A DNA stretch of 64,000 nt from Macrostomum hystrix (lineage: Eukaryota > Animalia > Platyhelminthes): NCBI GenBank assembly GCA_950097015.1, contig CATNEN010000001.1, positions 12,028,001-12,092,000 of the forward strand, in the 5' to 3' direction. The position numbers and the translations under genes are program-made. Under the pieces are notes generated by a model that was not told the DNA's origin, ran no database searches, and worked only from the letters and a program-made list of their open reading frames with translations. Position 1 is the first letter of the stretch. Each line of letters begins with the position of its first letter. Below are positions 1 to 11,591 of this stretch, one piece after another.

Positions 1-577
1 AGAGTTAACAGAAAGTTTTGTGGACTCCATAGAAAGCATACTCAAGGCTAGTTAAAAAGCCACTGCCCTGAGGCCCATATTTAGACCAACAGAGTACTGA
101 GGTCGCCTAGTATTTTTAGAATCCACCACCCCTCCGGTCACCTTTTTAGTCTAATGGCACAAGTATTACAACTTTGTATACAAAGTTGTGGCTAAAATGG
201 TGTATACAAAGCCAAGGCTCAGAAATATAAAATACATTTTACACTTCGAAAACTAGACTCGGTTGCCGTCGTCGATCAACAACTCCGTAACAGCCATGCC
301 CTTACGTCTGAACAACAACAGCCATGCCACTAAAGTGCGCGGTATCTAATTGCAATAACTGCGTTTCTGATGCATCTGTATCCTTCTTTCGTCTGCCTTT
401 CAAGGACTTCCTTACACAATGCAATCAATGTACGTACGGCTACAGTCCTGTACAGAAATAAAGTCTTGAGGACGTTTTAAGCATACATGGTATTCGTCCA
501 GGCTACATTAGCTACTTGTACGAGCTATTTTTCTATGTATACTCGTATTTCTGAGCATTGGCTTGTACAGACCATTC

Positions 578-1209
578 TATACTCAGCAACAGCTAAAACC
601 CCCCCCGAACTCACGCTGTCACACGGGCACAAAAGTTAAGCAATGTCTTTAATTCTAGTCTCAGTATCGTGTGTAGGAACCACGAGCATGCAAAAGTGCC
701 GTGACTCGTCGTGGCATCCTGATCACCAGCCGGTTGATGAACTAACTCTTGGGGCAGCTGCTGCCAGGCATTCAGCACCGCCAGTCGCAACTGTTCAGCA
801 TTCTGTGGGGCATCCTGCTGAACTCTTCGCTTTACAAAGTCCCAGACATGCTCGATGGGGTTCATGTCTGGAGACTTTGACGGCCTGTTCAATGTGCGAA
901 TGCCGAGCTGCTCCTTCAGCAGCTGCACGTGTGCTGCTCGATGTGGCGCAGCGTTGTCGTCTTGAAGCATGCAGTTCTGCGTGCACCCTCTTGCACCCTA
1001 CTCTTTAACTAGTGATGGTTTACCATTGCGCAATGCAGCCACCAGTGGGTTGAGTTGCGCCACCCCCTCCCCAAATCCCCCATGCCGCACTTTGCGCTCG
1101 CGTCTGGCGGCGGCAGCCAATTTACACATTTCTGAGTCACCGATGGCATACAAAACTTTTGGGCCGTGTGACAGCGTGAGTTGGGGGGGTTTAGCTGTTG
1201 CTGAGTATA
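578..1209 (-). mobile_element. Internally deleted Tc1/mariner element
   Basis: ~58-bp TIRs (tactcagcaacagctaaa...cacgctgtcacacgg) at 580-637 and ~1153-1207, flanked by TA; contains a transposase remnant. Confidence 0.9.
700..970 (-). pseudogene. Tc1 DDE transposase C-terminal fragment
   Basis: QDDNAAPH...PSKSPDMNPIEHVW motifs of Tc1 (DDE_3); N-terminal half missing. Confidence 0.9.
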
Positions 1210-1873
1210 GCCAAAACTTGTGCCATAGACTAAAAAGCTTGGTGACCGGAGGGGGTGGGTGGATTCTAAAATCGGCTTCAGATTTTCGTCCTTATTGGCA
1301 CTCTAATCTATACTAGACGACCCAGTACTCATTAGTTAGAATGCTTGAATATAGTTTGAGTTTTTGTTTTCTTGTAGTTGATCGTAACTCGCAAAAACAC
1401 ACTGGCTTCATTTTTTTGCTTTAAAGCCTTTGTTTACAAATTTAAAATATTTTATTAGCCTAAAATTAATATCATGCATGCTACTGCATTTCTATCGCCG
1501 TTTTGAAATCGAATCGTTCAGCCTTGTTACCAAAATGAAATAAACAAAAATTCTGTGCAAATGTGCAAACTCGTGGTTAATAAAATAGTAGAAAGACCTA
1601 TTTTAGCTCCTACTCCGTGTACCCACGGCCTACTTCACGTGAGCTCCCAAACCAAATGACCAATTTTCTTGAAAAGTCCACCATGTGAATCCAAATTTTC
1701 TGCCCTTTTCGAACTAACTTTCAACATTCGACGTCAGCATTGCTTGAGTATTTTTAGGGATACAGAAAAAAACGTCGGTATTTGAAATATCCCCCTGTGC
1801 TCTTGCAATTGTTACTGGGTAATGATTGAAGCTGGCATAATCAGGTTGTTAGATCTCTAGAAATCTAATAGGA

Positions 1874-2200
1874 AGGTCGGGAGTTCGATTTTCAGCCCAC
1901 GGAATGCTATTTGTGTCAGCTTTCAGCATTAGCTGGGATAGAAATTTGGATAGGTGCAGGGGCCGCCACAGTCCATGGACTGAACGGTTGAAAAACAGTG
2001 GACACTTGGAAGGTTAGAGCGTTGGATTCAATTCTTGAAGGTCGGTAATTCGATTCTCGATTCGAGAGGAACAATTTGTGTTCACCAAGCTGTTAAATAG
2101 GGTACTACCATTATATGGAGTAGCGGAGGGTGGGTGTGGCGTCCCCCCAATCCATGGACTGTACATCGGGCCCAAAATTGGGTCAGTTGTGAACAATTAT
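1874..2200 (+). mobile_element. Two decayed copies of tRNA-derived SINE family A
   Basis: B-box-like ggtcgggagttcgatt; blocks cagcattagctgggata, gctgttaaatagggtac and cagtccatggactg shared with 43655-43915. Confidence 0.6.
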
Positions 2201-2321
2201 TTTTTTAAACAGTAAACTAAACTTATCGAACTGAGCGATAACACTCTGCTTAGGGGAATTTCCCGATTAAGGGATTAGTGTAATTAGGCGACTAATGCGT
2301 CTAAATGCCTTTCTTTCACAT

Positions 2322-2870
2322 CTCCTCTCATCCCAAACTGCCATCTCCCCTCATCCCAAACTGCCATCTCCCCTCATCCCAAACTGCCATCTCCCCTCAT
2401 CCCAAACTGCCATCTCCCCTCATCCCAAACTGCCATCTCCTCTCATCCCAAACTGCCATCTCCTCTCATCCCAAACTGCCATCTCCTCTCATCCCAAACT
2501 GCCATCTCCCCTCATCCCAAACTGCCATCTCCCCTCATCCCAAACTGCCATCTCCCGTCATCCCAAACTGCCATCTCCCCTCATCCCAAACTGCCATCTC
2601 CTCTCATCCCAAACTGCCATCTCCTCTCATCCCAAACTGCCATCTCCCCTCATCCCAAACTGCCATCTCCCCTCATCCCAAACTGCCATCTACCCTCATC
2701 CCAAACTGCCATCTCCCCTCATCCCAAACTGCCATCTCCCCCCATCCCAAACTGCCATCTCCCCTCATCCCAAACTGCCATCTCCCCTCATCCCAAACTG
2801 CCATCTCCTCTCATCCCAAACTGCCATCTCCCCTCATCCCAAACTGCCATCTACTCTCATCTCAAGCGCC
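2322..2870 (+). repeat. 23-bp minisatellite (ctcatcccaaactgccatctccc)n
   Basis: Direct tandem copies; followed by a short inverted copy at ~2871-2905. Confidence 0.97.
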
Positions 2871-2927
2871 AGATGAGGGGAGATGGCAGTTTGGGTGAGA
2901 GATGGGAGTCCACCGAATTCTTTAATC

Positions 2928-3476
2928 ATGCGGCCATTTTCGTACACCAGCACAGTCGCAGCAGTTCAGGCAATGGTCCAACTTTTTCACTACGAGAGCG
3001 TCGGCGCCAAATGCAAGAAGCTGATTGGTCGCCAGGCCTCGGCGGGCCAGCCAATCAGAGTCATCCTGCACGCCGACGACGCCTGCGGGCCTCCGTCGCC
3101 CAGCGCCCATTGGCTGCTGGACTTTCCTCTGCCCTGGCTGGCCGGAGCCGCGCTCTGCCGGGTCACCGAGTGCGGCAGCGGCGGCAGGGCCCGACGGACC
3201 TGCTGGGCCAGAGTTGCGCAGTCGACCGCCGCCGACGCCAGCTTGACAGTCAGCGGCAGATTCAGCGGACGAAAGAAGCAACAGCCGCAGCCGGCAGTGG
3301 CAGCTATGGAAGGCCAGTGGCAGCAGAAGGACTTTGTGCTCAGCCTCACTAGCAGGGTGTCCGAGGCGGACTTTCAGCTGGGCTACAGCATGACTGGCTG
3401 GCTTCAGGTCGGCAGTCAAGACAAGCGTCAATGGAGGGTGACCCACGCTGCCATGGTTCGGCGACAGGGCTACTGA
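2928..3476 (+). CDS. Hypothetical protein (~182 aa, may be one exon of a larger gene)
   Basis: GC-rich island with GC3-biased codons in the + frame (MRPFSYTSTV...WRVTHAAMVRRQGY*); no family recognised. Confidence 0.5.
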   Translation: MRPFSYTSTVAAVQAMVQLFHYESVGAKCKKLIGRQASAGQPIRVILHADDACGPPSPSAHWLLDFPLPWLAGAALCRVTECGSGGRARRTCWARVAQSTAADASLTVSGRFSGRKKQQPQPAVAAMEGQWQQKDFVLSLTSRVSEADFQLGYSMTGWLQVGSQDKRQWRVTHAAMVRRQGY

Positions 3477-3585
3477 ACAACGACCTGCGGCGTCAGCGGC
3501 TTCAAAATTAATGACAAAAAACGCAGGCTTCAGTAAAGAGTCTGCCACCGTCGCATCCACTCCATACTCTGAATCCCACTCTGCG

Positions 3586-4244
3586 ACTCTTTGAAGTGTC
3601 ACGGCTAACCCCACACCTGAACTCTTTGAAGTGTCACGGCTAACCCCACACCTGAACTCTTTGAAGTGTCACCGCTAACCCCACACCTGAACTCTTTGAA
3701 GTGTCACCGCTAACCCCACACCTGAACTCTTTGAAGTGTCACCGGTAAACCCACACCTGAACTCTTTGAAGTGCCGCCGGTAAACCCACACCTGAACTCT
3801 TTGAAGTGCCGCCGGTAAACCCACACCTGAACTCTTTGAAGTGCCGCCGGTAAACCCACACCTGAACTCTTTGAAGTGCCGCCGGTAAACCCACACCTGA
3901 ACTCTTTGAAGTGCCGCCGGTAAACCCACACCTGAACTCTTTGAAGTGCCGCCGGTAAACCCACACCTGAACTCTTTGAAGTGCCGTCGGTAAACCCACA
4001 CCTGAACTCTTTGAAGTGCCGCCGGTAAACCCACACCTGAACTCTTTGAAGTGCCGCCGGTAAACCCACACCTGAACTCTTTGAAGTGCCGCCGGTAAAC
4101 CCACACCTGAACTCTTTGAAGTGCCGCCGGTAAACCCACACCTGAACTCTTTGAAGTGCCGCCGGTAAACCCACACCTGAACTCTTTGAAGTGCCGCCGG
4201 TAAACCCACACCTGAACTCTTTGAAGTGCCGCCATGAAACCCAC
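3586..4244 (+). repeat. 35-bp minisatellite (actctttgaagtgccgccggtaaacccacacctga)n
   Basis: Near-identical head-to-tail units, no spacers. Confidence 0.97.
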
Positions 4245-4884
4245 TGCTTTACTTTAAAATTTAGCTGCGAATCCTAATTTTCGACTCTTTTTAGAAGCCA
4301 GCGTTCTCGTAGTAACTTAATTATACCATGGTATCGCTTGTATCTGTTCATTGTGTTATTCAGCGCACAGAGGACCATTAAACGATTCCCACCCTAAATA
4401 TATAGCAGATATTTATTGCTTCATAAATGCTATAGTATTAAATACAATGTGATACTCAAAACATACTCAAACATTTCTGTATCCTGACGCAGTATTCATA
4501 CGAGTGTATAGCTATTTGGAAACTAATCCGCTATTATAAGAAGGAACTATCAATTTCATTCAGACAAAAAGCAATCATTATTCTACAAAACACTTTTTTA
4601 ATTTACTCGACAATCATTAATTTTTTGTACGTTTTAAAAAATGAAAATTATTTACATAACTCGAACCTTATAAAATGTAACATCGGTTTTAGATCGTGAC
4701 AATATCTCATTAAAATTAAAAAAGCGCTTAAATTGTGCGACAGCTAATCTACGAGCTATATGCAATGCAGAAACACGAGTTCCATTCTTTTTCGCTTGTA
4801 GTTATTTATGTGCAATTAAAATTCGTGGCTTCAGCTCAAAGTGCATTTCGAACGAGGCGGTGATAAATGTGGACAACGAGAGGC

Positions 4885-6180
4885 GATGCCAGTTTAGATG
4901 AGAGATGGCAGTTGGGTGAAAGATGGCAGTTTGGGATGAGAGGAGATGGCAGTTTGGGATGAGAGGAGATGGCAGTTTGGGATGAGAGGAGATGGCAGTT
5001 GGGGATGAGAGATGGCAGTTTGGGATGAGAGGAGATGGCAGTTTGGGATGAGAGGAGATGGCAGTTTGGGATGAGAGGAGATGGCAGTTTGGGATGAGAG
5101 GAGATGGCAGTTGGGTGAGAGATGGAAGTTTGGGATGAAAGGAGATGGCAGTTTGGGATGAGAGGAGATGGCAGTTTGAGATGAGAGGAGATGGCAGTTT
5201 GGGATGAGAGATGGCAGTTTGGGATGAGAGGAGATGGCAGTTTGAGATGAGAGATGGCAGTTTGGGATGAGAGATGGCAGTTTGGGATGAGAGATGGCAG
5301 TTTGGGATGAGAGGAGATGGCAGTTGGGTGAGAGATGGAAGTTTGGGATGAAAGGAGATGGCAGTTTGGGATGAGAGGAGATGGCAGTTTGAGATGAGAG
5401 GAGATGGCAGTTTGGGATGAGAGATGGCAGTTTCGGATGAGAGGAGACGGCAGTTTCGGATGAGAGGAGATGGCAGTTGGGTGAGAGATGAAAGTTTGGG
5501 ATGAGAGGAGATGGCAGTTTGGGATGAGAGATGGCAGTTTGGGATGAGAGATGGCAGTTTGGGATGAGAGAAGATGGCAGTTTGAGATAAGAGATGGCAG
5601 TTTCGGATGAGAGGAGATGGCAGTTTGGGATGAGAGGAGATAGCAGTTTGGGATGAGAGGAGATGGCAGTTTGGGATGAGAGGAGATGGCAGTTTGGGAT
5701 GAGGGGAGATGGCAGTTTGGGATGAGGGGAGATGGCAGTTTGGGATGAGAGGAGATGGCAGTTGGGTGAGAGATGGAAGTTTGGGATGAAAGGAGATGGC
5801 AGTTTGGGATGAGAGGAGATGGCAGTTTGAGATGAGAGGAGATGGCAGTTTGGGATGAGAGGAGATGGCAGTTTAGGATGAGGGGAGATGACAGTTTGAG
5901 ATGAGAGGAGATGGCAGTTTGGGATGAGAGATGGCAGTTTGGGATGAGAGGAGATGGCAGTTGGGTGAGAGATGAAAGTTTGGGATGAGAGGACATGGCA
6001 GTTTGGGATGAGGGGAGATGGCAGTTTGGGATGAGAGGAGATGGCAGTTTGAGATGAGAGGAGATGGCAGTTTGGGATGAGGGGAGATGGCAGTTTGGGA
6101 TGAGGGGAGATGGCAGTTTGGGATGAGGGGAGATGGCAGTTTGGGATGAGAGATGGCAGTTTGGTATGAGAGGAGATTAT
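4885..6180 (-). repeat. Same minisatellite as 2322-2870 in inverted orientation, with shorter variant units
   Basis: Unit gagatggcagtttgggatgagag is the reverse complement of the first array. Confidence 0.97.
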
Positions 6181-6828
6181 GAGATTATCCTGATGATGAT
6201 AAAATGAGATAATAAGATACTGTGTTAAATAGAAAAGGCCAAGGGAAAACTCGACTGGGAGACTCAAGATAGAACCTAGCTATGCAGGTCTTGTCCCGTT
6301 CAGGATGAGAAGCAGATCGCGGCAAAACGCGATTGCAAAAAATTGAATTTTTCCTCGGTTGTGTCGGACTCGCCAAAAATTGGATGATTGCGTAATCAAA
6401 AGGATCTACGAACATTGCATCATCAAGAGAGATGGGGTAAACTAGTAGTAAGAGTGTTTGTAGATCGCAAGTGTTGTAAATAGATGTACAGATGTTTGAT
6501 TAAGAATATTTCGTTTTTTGGAATCTTGCTTACTTAACGTAGAGAAGTTTAGAACAAGCTTTAAGCTTCCGTTATGCAATAATACATAGAATATTTAGTT
6601 TTTGTTCAAACAGAACAGCTCAATTAGAGCAAAGAACAGGTGTTATGTAGCTGTATTTATTAATGGTTAGTATCTTTTATACCTTTTATAAAAAAATAAA
6701 AAATTAGCGTTGAAAAAAAGATTTTTCATCCAACTACAAGGAAATCAAAGGCTAGGGTTATAAAGACAAAAGCACAGAGCACAGAAAATAAAATATAGTT
6801 CCTATTTGAAACTCACACTATGAAACTA

Positions 6829-7310
6829 TCTGATTGGAGGGGCGCACAGACCATCAACTCACACACCGACTCTGATTGGAGGGGCGCAAAGACCATCAAC
6901 TCACACACCGAATCTGATTGGAGGGGTGCAAAGACCATCAACTCACACACCGACTCTGATTGGAGGGGCGAAAAGACCATCAACTCACACACTGACTCTG
7001 ATTGGAGGGGCGCAAAGACCATCAACTCACACACCGAATCTGATTGGAGGGGTGCAAAGACCATCAACTCACACACCGACTCTGAATGGAGGGGCGCAAA
7101 GACCATCAACTCACACACCGAATCTGATTGGAGGGGTGCAAAGACCATCAACTCACACACCGACTCTGATTGGAGGGGCGCAAAGACCATCAACTCACAC
7201 ACCGAATCTGATTGGAGGGGTGCAAAGACCATCAACTCACACACCGACTCTGATTGGAGGGGCGCAAAGACCATCAACTCACACACTGACTCTGATTGGA
7301 GGGGCGCAAA
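6829..7310 (+). repeat. 42-bp minisatellite
   Basis: tctgattggaggggcgcaaagaccatcaactcacacaccgac, about 11.5 copies. Confidence 0.97.
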
Positions 7311-7462
7311 TATTCCGCAACTGTATGCTAATCAGATAAAAAATGCGCACTTAATAGCGCTGGATTATATTTAAAAATGCACGGCCTACATCACCGTTTG
7401 ATGACATGAATAAAGTAGAATAAAGGTAATGATTTTGTATCGAAAGAGTGTCAAAACAACTG

Positions 7463-8476
7463 CTACTGCTGCATACTGCCCGAAGAAATCATCGTAATCA
7501 TTTTCAAGCCAGCCGAATGAAAGTCGAAGCATTCGTCGATGCTTTGTTCGGCTTGAGGTGCGGTCGAAAAAGTAGACTCGTTTTCTATGAAAGATGTCGG
7601 AGTTTCAATCGGAGCTACCGATTGAACAGACTTCGCGGCCAATCGCTCCGGCGCTGTGCGCGTGTGACGTCTGCGTCGATTATGTCTTTGACGTTTTCTT
7701 TTTTTCCCGATTAGAATTGGCGCTGGCTGAGCCTCCGCAATCATGCCATCTGGATCCTCGGGAAATTGTAACTCAGAGCTGGGCAGGTGAGAGAAAATTA
7801 AATCCTGTTGCTGCTGCTGCTGCTGTTGAGCTTCAAACTCAAGACGAATTAATCTGCGCTGCCTTTTCTTAGCACGTTTCGACAACGGAGCCTGATAGTC
7901 ATACTCGTAAGTTGTGTCATCAGCTGCTGGCTCAGTCATATAATTCGACAAGCAATCGCTAGGATTGAAGTTCGCAATTGGGAAGAAGTACAAGCCAGGT
8001 TGGTAATACTCAGGCGGCAACGCAATTGGCTGAACAGGAACAAAGTGCGTTGAAAACTGAGTCAGCAACATCTGCTGCTGTTGCTGGTGTTGCTGGTAGT
8101 CAACAGGCAGAAAATTTGGTGGCTTCTGAGCGCATTCAAATTGTTGATAATAATTGGAACTGCCTGCTGAATTTTCAACAGACAGTGTTGCCATTTCTTG
8201 ATACTGATGTTCCAATAAAGATTCCACCTGCAATTGACGAAGCAGTTTTTTACGCCTTCTGTTCTGATGCTTGCGAAACTTCCTGAAATTCTGAGCATTG
8301 TCACCAAAGCTGCTGCTGAGCACTGGTAGCTGATTTCCAACAAAGCCTGATGATGCTGATGGCCATCTGGTGCTGACACTAACATGGGAGATACTCGAAG
8401 TGGTGGAAGTACATTCAGTACTCTGCAACAATTTCTTTCTTCTAGCAGTTTTACCTCTGGATTTGGTTCTTACCAT
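7463..8476 (-). CDS. Hypothetical 337-aa protein, Gln-rich with basic NLS-like clusters
   Basis: Long non-repetitive ORF with ATG in AT-rich context; basic runs (RRRKKLLR, KKRKRQRHNRRRRH) and polyQ; AG acceptor 23 nt upstream. Confidence 0.65.
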   Translation of the reverse strand: MVRTKSRGKTARRKKLLQSTECTSTTSSISHVSVSTRWPSASSGFVGNQLPVLSSSFGDNAQNFRKFRKHQNRRRKKLLRQLQVESLLEHQYQEMATLSVENSAGSSNYYQQFECAQKPPNFLPVDYQQHQQQQQMLLTQFSTHFVPVQPIALPPEYYQPGLYFFPIANFNPSDCLSNYMTEPAADDTTYEYDYQAPLSKRAKKRQRRLIRLEFEAQQQQQQQQDLIFSHLPSSELQFPEDPDGMIAEAQPAPILIGKKRKRQRHNRRRRHTRTAPERLAAKSVQSVAPIETPTSFIENESTFSTAPQAEQSIDECFDFHSAGLKMITMISSGSMQQ

Positions 8477-8667
8477 TCTTTGAGAGAGGTGCTTTAAATC
8501 TAGAGATATGTGACAATCTCAATAAGCCTGAAATTGTACAGAAGATTGCATGATGAAACTGTGTTAGTATTGCAAGTCATGAATGTTGATTAATACCTTG
8601 ATACCTTGAATAATAGCAACAAAACTTGATAGTGCAATTGTAATATTTTAAGCAATTAACTGGCAGA

Positions 8668-9264
8668 GCTTATTCCCACAGTCCCGTGCCAATAATTTTC
8701 TGCTGATCCACATGGCAGCTTGTATGAATAGGTCTACAACTAAGAAAATTGTTCAGCAAAAGCATTGGGACATTGTTTTAACTATCAAGAATTTAATGCC
8801 TAAGTCCAAAGGACACAGAATTGTAAGGATTTGCAGAGGAAAGCGCGGAACTAGTTAATATGCTTTTGTCGAGTTTCTGAAACCTTATTTTTGTATGGGA
8901 ACAAGTCAGTAGTATCATTTGCGCATGTGCATCATATCATATTTCAAGTGTGTGTGCAATACAAATGTCAGCGCGATTCTTCATGCGATTGTTAGCAACG
9001 TTACATGTTATTCGAAAATAATGATTATTTGAAATTTAATGTGTGCATTGCTCGTAATTAAAAGAGGCACTACTGCAGGTTCTGGAAAACCTGGCCAGTT
9101 GTATATAGTACATGAAAATTGCTACACAGTTCCTGTAAAATATGTGCTTTAAGTTCTTAAAGTTATCATCAAAACAAGCTGCCGTGTGGATAAGCAGAAA
9201 ATTATTGGCACGGATCTGTGTGGATAAAATTGAAATTATTGGCACGGGACCGTGGGAATAAGCA
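8668..9264. mobile_element. MITE-like element
   Basis: gcttattcccacagtcccgtgccaataattttctgctgatccacatggcagcttg (~8669-8722) is inverted at ~9175-9263. Confidence 0.7.
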
Positions 9265-9974
9265 CTTCCCAATTAACTAGCAACAATGATTGATTAGCAA
9301 GCCATGAAATTCATAGAGTACAACTGTTTAGTTGATTATGATTCCTTTGAAAGTCTCAAATGGTAGAATTGGCTTTATTAAATAGGGGCCTAGCTTCATT
9401 GCTACAATTTTAGGTAAATTGATAATCCAATATTTATTACTATTGTTACCTAAAGTGGAAATTTACATAGTAAAGTAATAAACTGATACATATAAATATT
9501 GAAAATATTTTGAATAGTGAAAAAGGCTTAACAACATTTTGGCATGGCTTAATAAGAAGGAAACATAAGCTAAAGCAGTAAACTAATATTTAGGTTAGGC
9601 CTATATAAAATGGCTAAAGTTTAGTCATTCGAGTCTTTTAGTTTACATTCAGACATAGGCCTAGCATAGTTTATTTAGGCCCCTATAACATTTTTTTGGA
9701 AAAATTGATGTATTATTTTAGCATAATACATCTGATCATATGACTTCTTATATGAAAATTCAGAATTGAACTTAAAAAAATGAAAAAATTGATTTCTAAG
9801 CTGAGTGTAGTTATGCCAGTCAGACTTAAATGCAAACTTTGCTTTAAAAATACTAATTTATTTACCTTGGCACCTAGCTAGCTACTTGGCTAGGTCAGGA
9901 TTTGCAAGGCCTAGGCCTACTGTGGAAACTTTTAGTGTGCTCCTAGCCACCTTCAATTTAAATTACAACAACTG

Positions 9975-10090
9975 AAGCTGGTACCCCATTTAATAGCTAA
10001 AGGACATATATTGTTCTAGTGGAGTCAGGAAACGAAACCACGACCTTCGGGCTTCAATTCACGAGTCCGATGCTCTAGCCACTAGGCTCA
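9975..10090 (-). mobile_element. Decayed SINE family A head
   Basis: Reverse strand reads agcctagtggctagagcatcggac...gaaggtcgtggtttcgtttcctgactccac followed by agctattaaatggggtacc. Confidence 0.5.
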
Positions 10091-10846
10091 ACTATTTAGC
10101 AACTTGGATGGATGCTGTACATCAGTCACCTAGACTGGACTGTGGGTGAGTACACACAATATGAAAATCGTTTCTAAAACGTGCAGAAGATAATTTAACA
10201 ATAAGTTCTAACGCAACTTTTAATGGCTCTATTTACTTTGGAAATATTCATTTGATTTGTACTTTTTACTTGTCTTTACTTACCACCCGCTGTACATGAC
10301 AGCCGTCCACGATGGCTGTCATGAAAATGAAAATGAAAATGAAAAATCTTTATTGCTAAATGTATATATGAGTGCATGTTAAAATTATTCTTTATTTTAT
10401 TGGTTCTATTGAAAAAAGAGATGGCATTCGACGTTTGATCTTTTTACTCTGTAAGAATATTTGTTCTACTTAGCGTCACACAAGAGTTTAAGCGTGACGA
10501 TGAGAAGAAAGCCAAAACAGCTACTTGAAATTCGAAAACCTCGAATACCTTGGCTTGGTTTCACTCTCCAGCTAGTCTAATGTCATGTATCATTCAATAA
10601 AAGTTATTAAGCTTCGTGCGTAAGCCCCTATTTTTATTCTTTATCTATCTGGAGGTCCCCATATATATCTATCCTTACTTTGTCTTGTCTAGGGATCAGG
10701 GTCACAGAAATGTCTTGTCAGTGAAATGACCTGGGACCCATAGGCTAGGTATACTACTACTAGATTTCAAGCTAGTAAGTAATTACTAATAGCCTAATAG
10801 GCCTAGTTGTGATTCATTTAGACGTGAGTCAAAAGTTAAAAATGGC

Positions 10847-11591
10847 AGTTGTTATTTGTCCGCTTAACCGGACCATAGGCGTAGGAATGATTAAAAAAGT
10901 GGGGGGGGCCAAGGCCAAGGGGAGGATCCATTTCCCCGAAAAAATCCCATAAATGACAATTGTTATTATTTGAATATTGCCCTTGCAGTAAAAAATAGTA
11001 TAAAATAAGCAAAAAGTCAACATTTTGCATTTAAAATGAGGGGGGCCAGATCTCATTACTGGCCCCCCCAACTTAAAAAGTGGGGGGGCCATGGCCCCAC
11101 TGTCCCCCCTGTTCCTACGCCTATGAACCGGACAAATAGCTGTTTGATTATTTGTCCGGTTAGCCTAGTGATTTTATTGGTAATTTTAGATTTCATGCCA
11201 AATGTCTGCATTTGAAGGAAGGCACCAAACTATGCATGTCGGAAGAGATCTTCCCTTTAAGCCAAATTGTTTATATCTAACTAATGTCTGTTTGATTTGT
11301 ATTTTTATCCAACTAAAGAGTAGGAACCTAAGTTCCTTTGAAGCTTGAAGTTGTAGTGACTCATTCGAATACTTCTACAAAGTCAACTGGGTCACCAGCA
11401 AAGGACGATACCTGGATCAACAGAGAGGACCACAATTTCAACTCCTCGATAGGCTTTCCTCTTGAGTGATTAACTAAGTTATAAGGGGTTGTAGCGCTAC
11501 CACAAGAACCTCTATCATTTGTAAGATAAAATAATTAACCGAACAAATTATCAAACGGCTATTTGTCCGGTTAACCAGACAAATAACAACT
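10847..11591. mobile_element. MITE with ~57-bp TIRs; left TIR split by a nested hAT MITE
   Basis: agttgttatttgtccgcttaaccggac|aaatagctgtttgattatttgtccggtta is inverted at ~11536-11591. Confidence 0.75.
10874..11125. mobile_element. hAT-type MITE
   Basis: TIR cataggcgtaggaa / ttcctacgcctatg; perfect 8-bp TSD aaccggac at 10866-10873 and 11126-11133. Confidence 0.92.

Larger units (their letters stand above)
92..1330. mobile_element. Non-autonomous TIR element (outer), interrupted by a Tc1 insertion
   Basis: 92-165 (gagtactgaggtcgcctagta...agaatccaccacccctccggtcacc...tagtctaatggcacaagt) is an imperfect inverted copy of ~1216-1330; no clear TSD. Confidence 0.6.

Noticed and set aside
2922-3614. 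230-aa minus-strand ORF
   Set aside because: Antisense shadow of the GC3-rich plus-strand ORF, and it starts within a repeat.
3586-4244. 35-bp repeats of CRISPR-like length (also the 32-34-bp arrays)
   Set aside because: Units are head-to-tail with no unique spacers, there are no cas genes, and the context is eukaryotic.
2295-7374. Long ORFs in repeat arrays (HPKLPSPLIPNC..., DSDWRGAKTINSHT...), likewise at 30.6-34.5, 36.7-37.5, 58.1-59.0 and 61.0-61.6 kb
   Set aside because: They are open only because the repeat units lack stops in several frames; many lie inside reconstructed introns.
10015-10090. tRNA gene (also tRNA-like heads at ~24480-24556, ~29540-29600 and ~43670)
   Set aside because: No complete cloverleaf is evident, and each continues into SINE body sequence.
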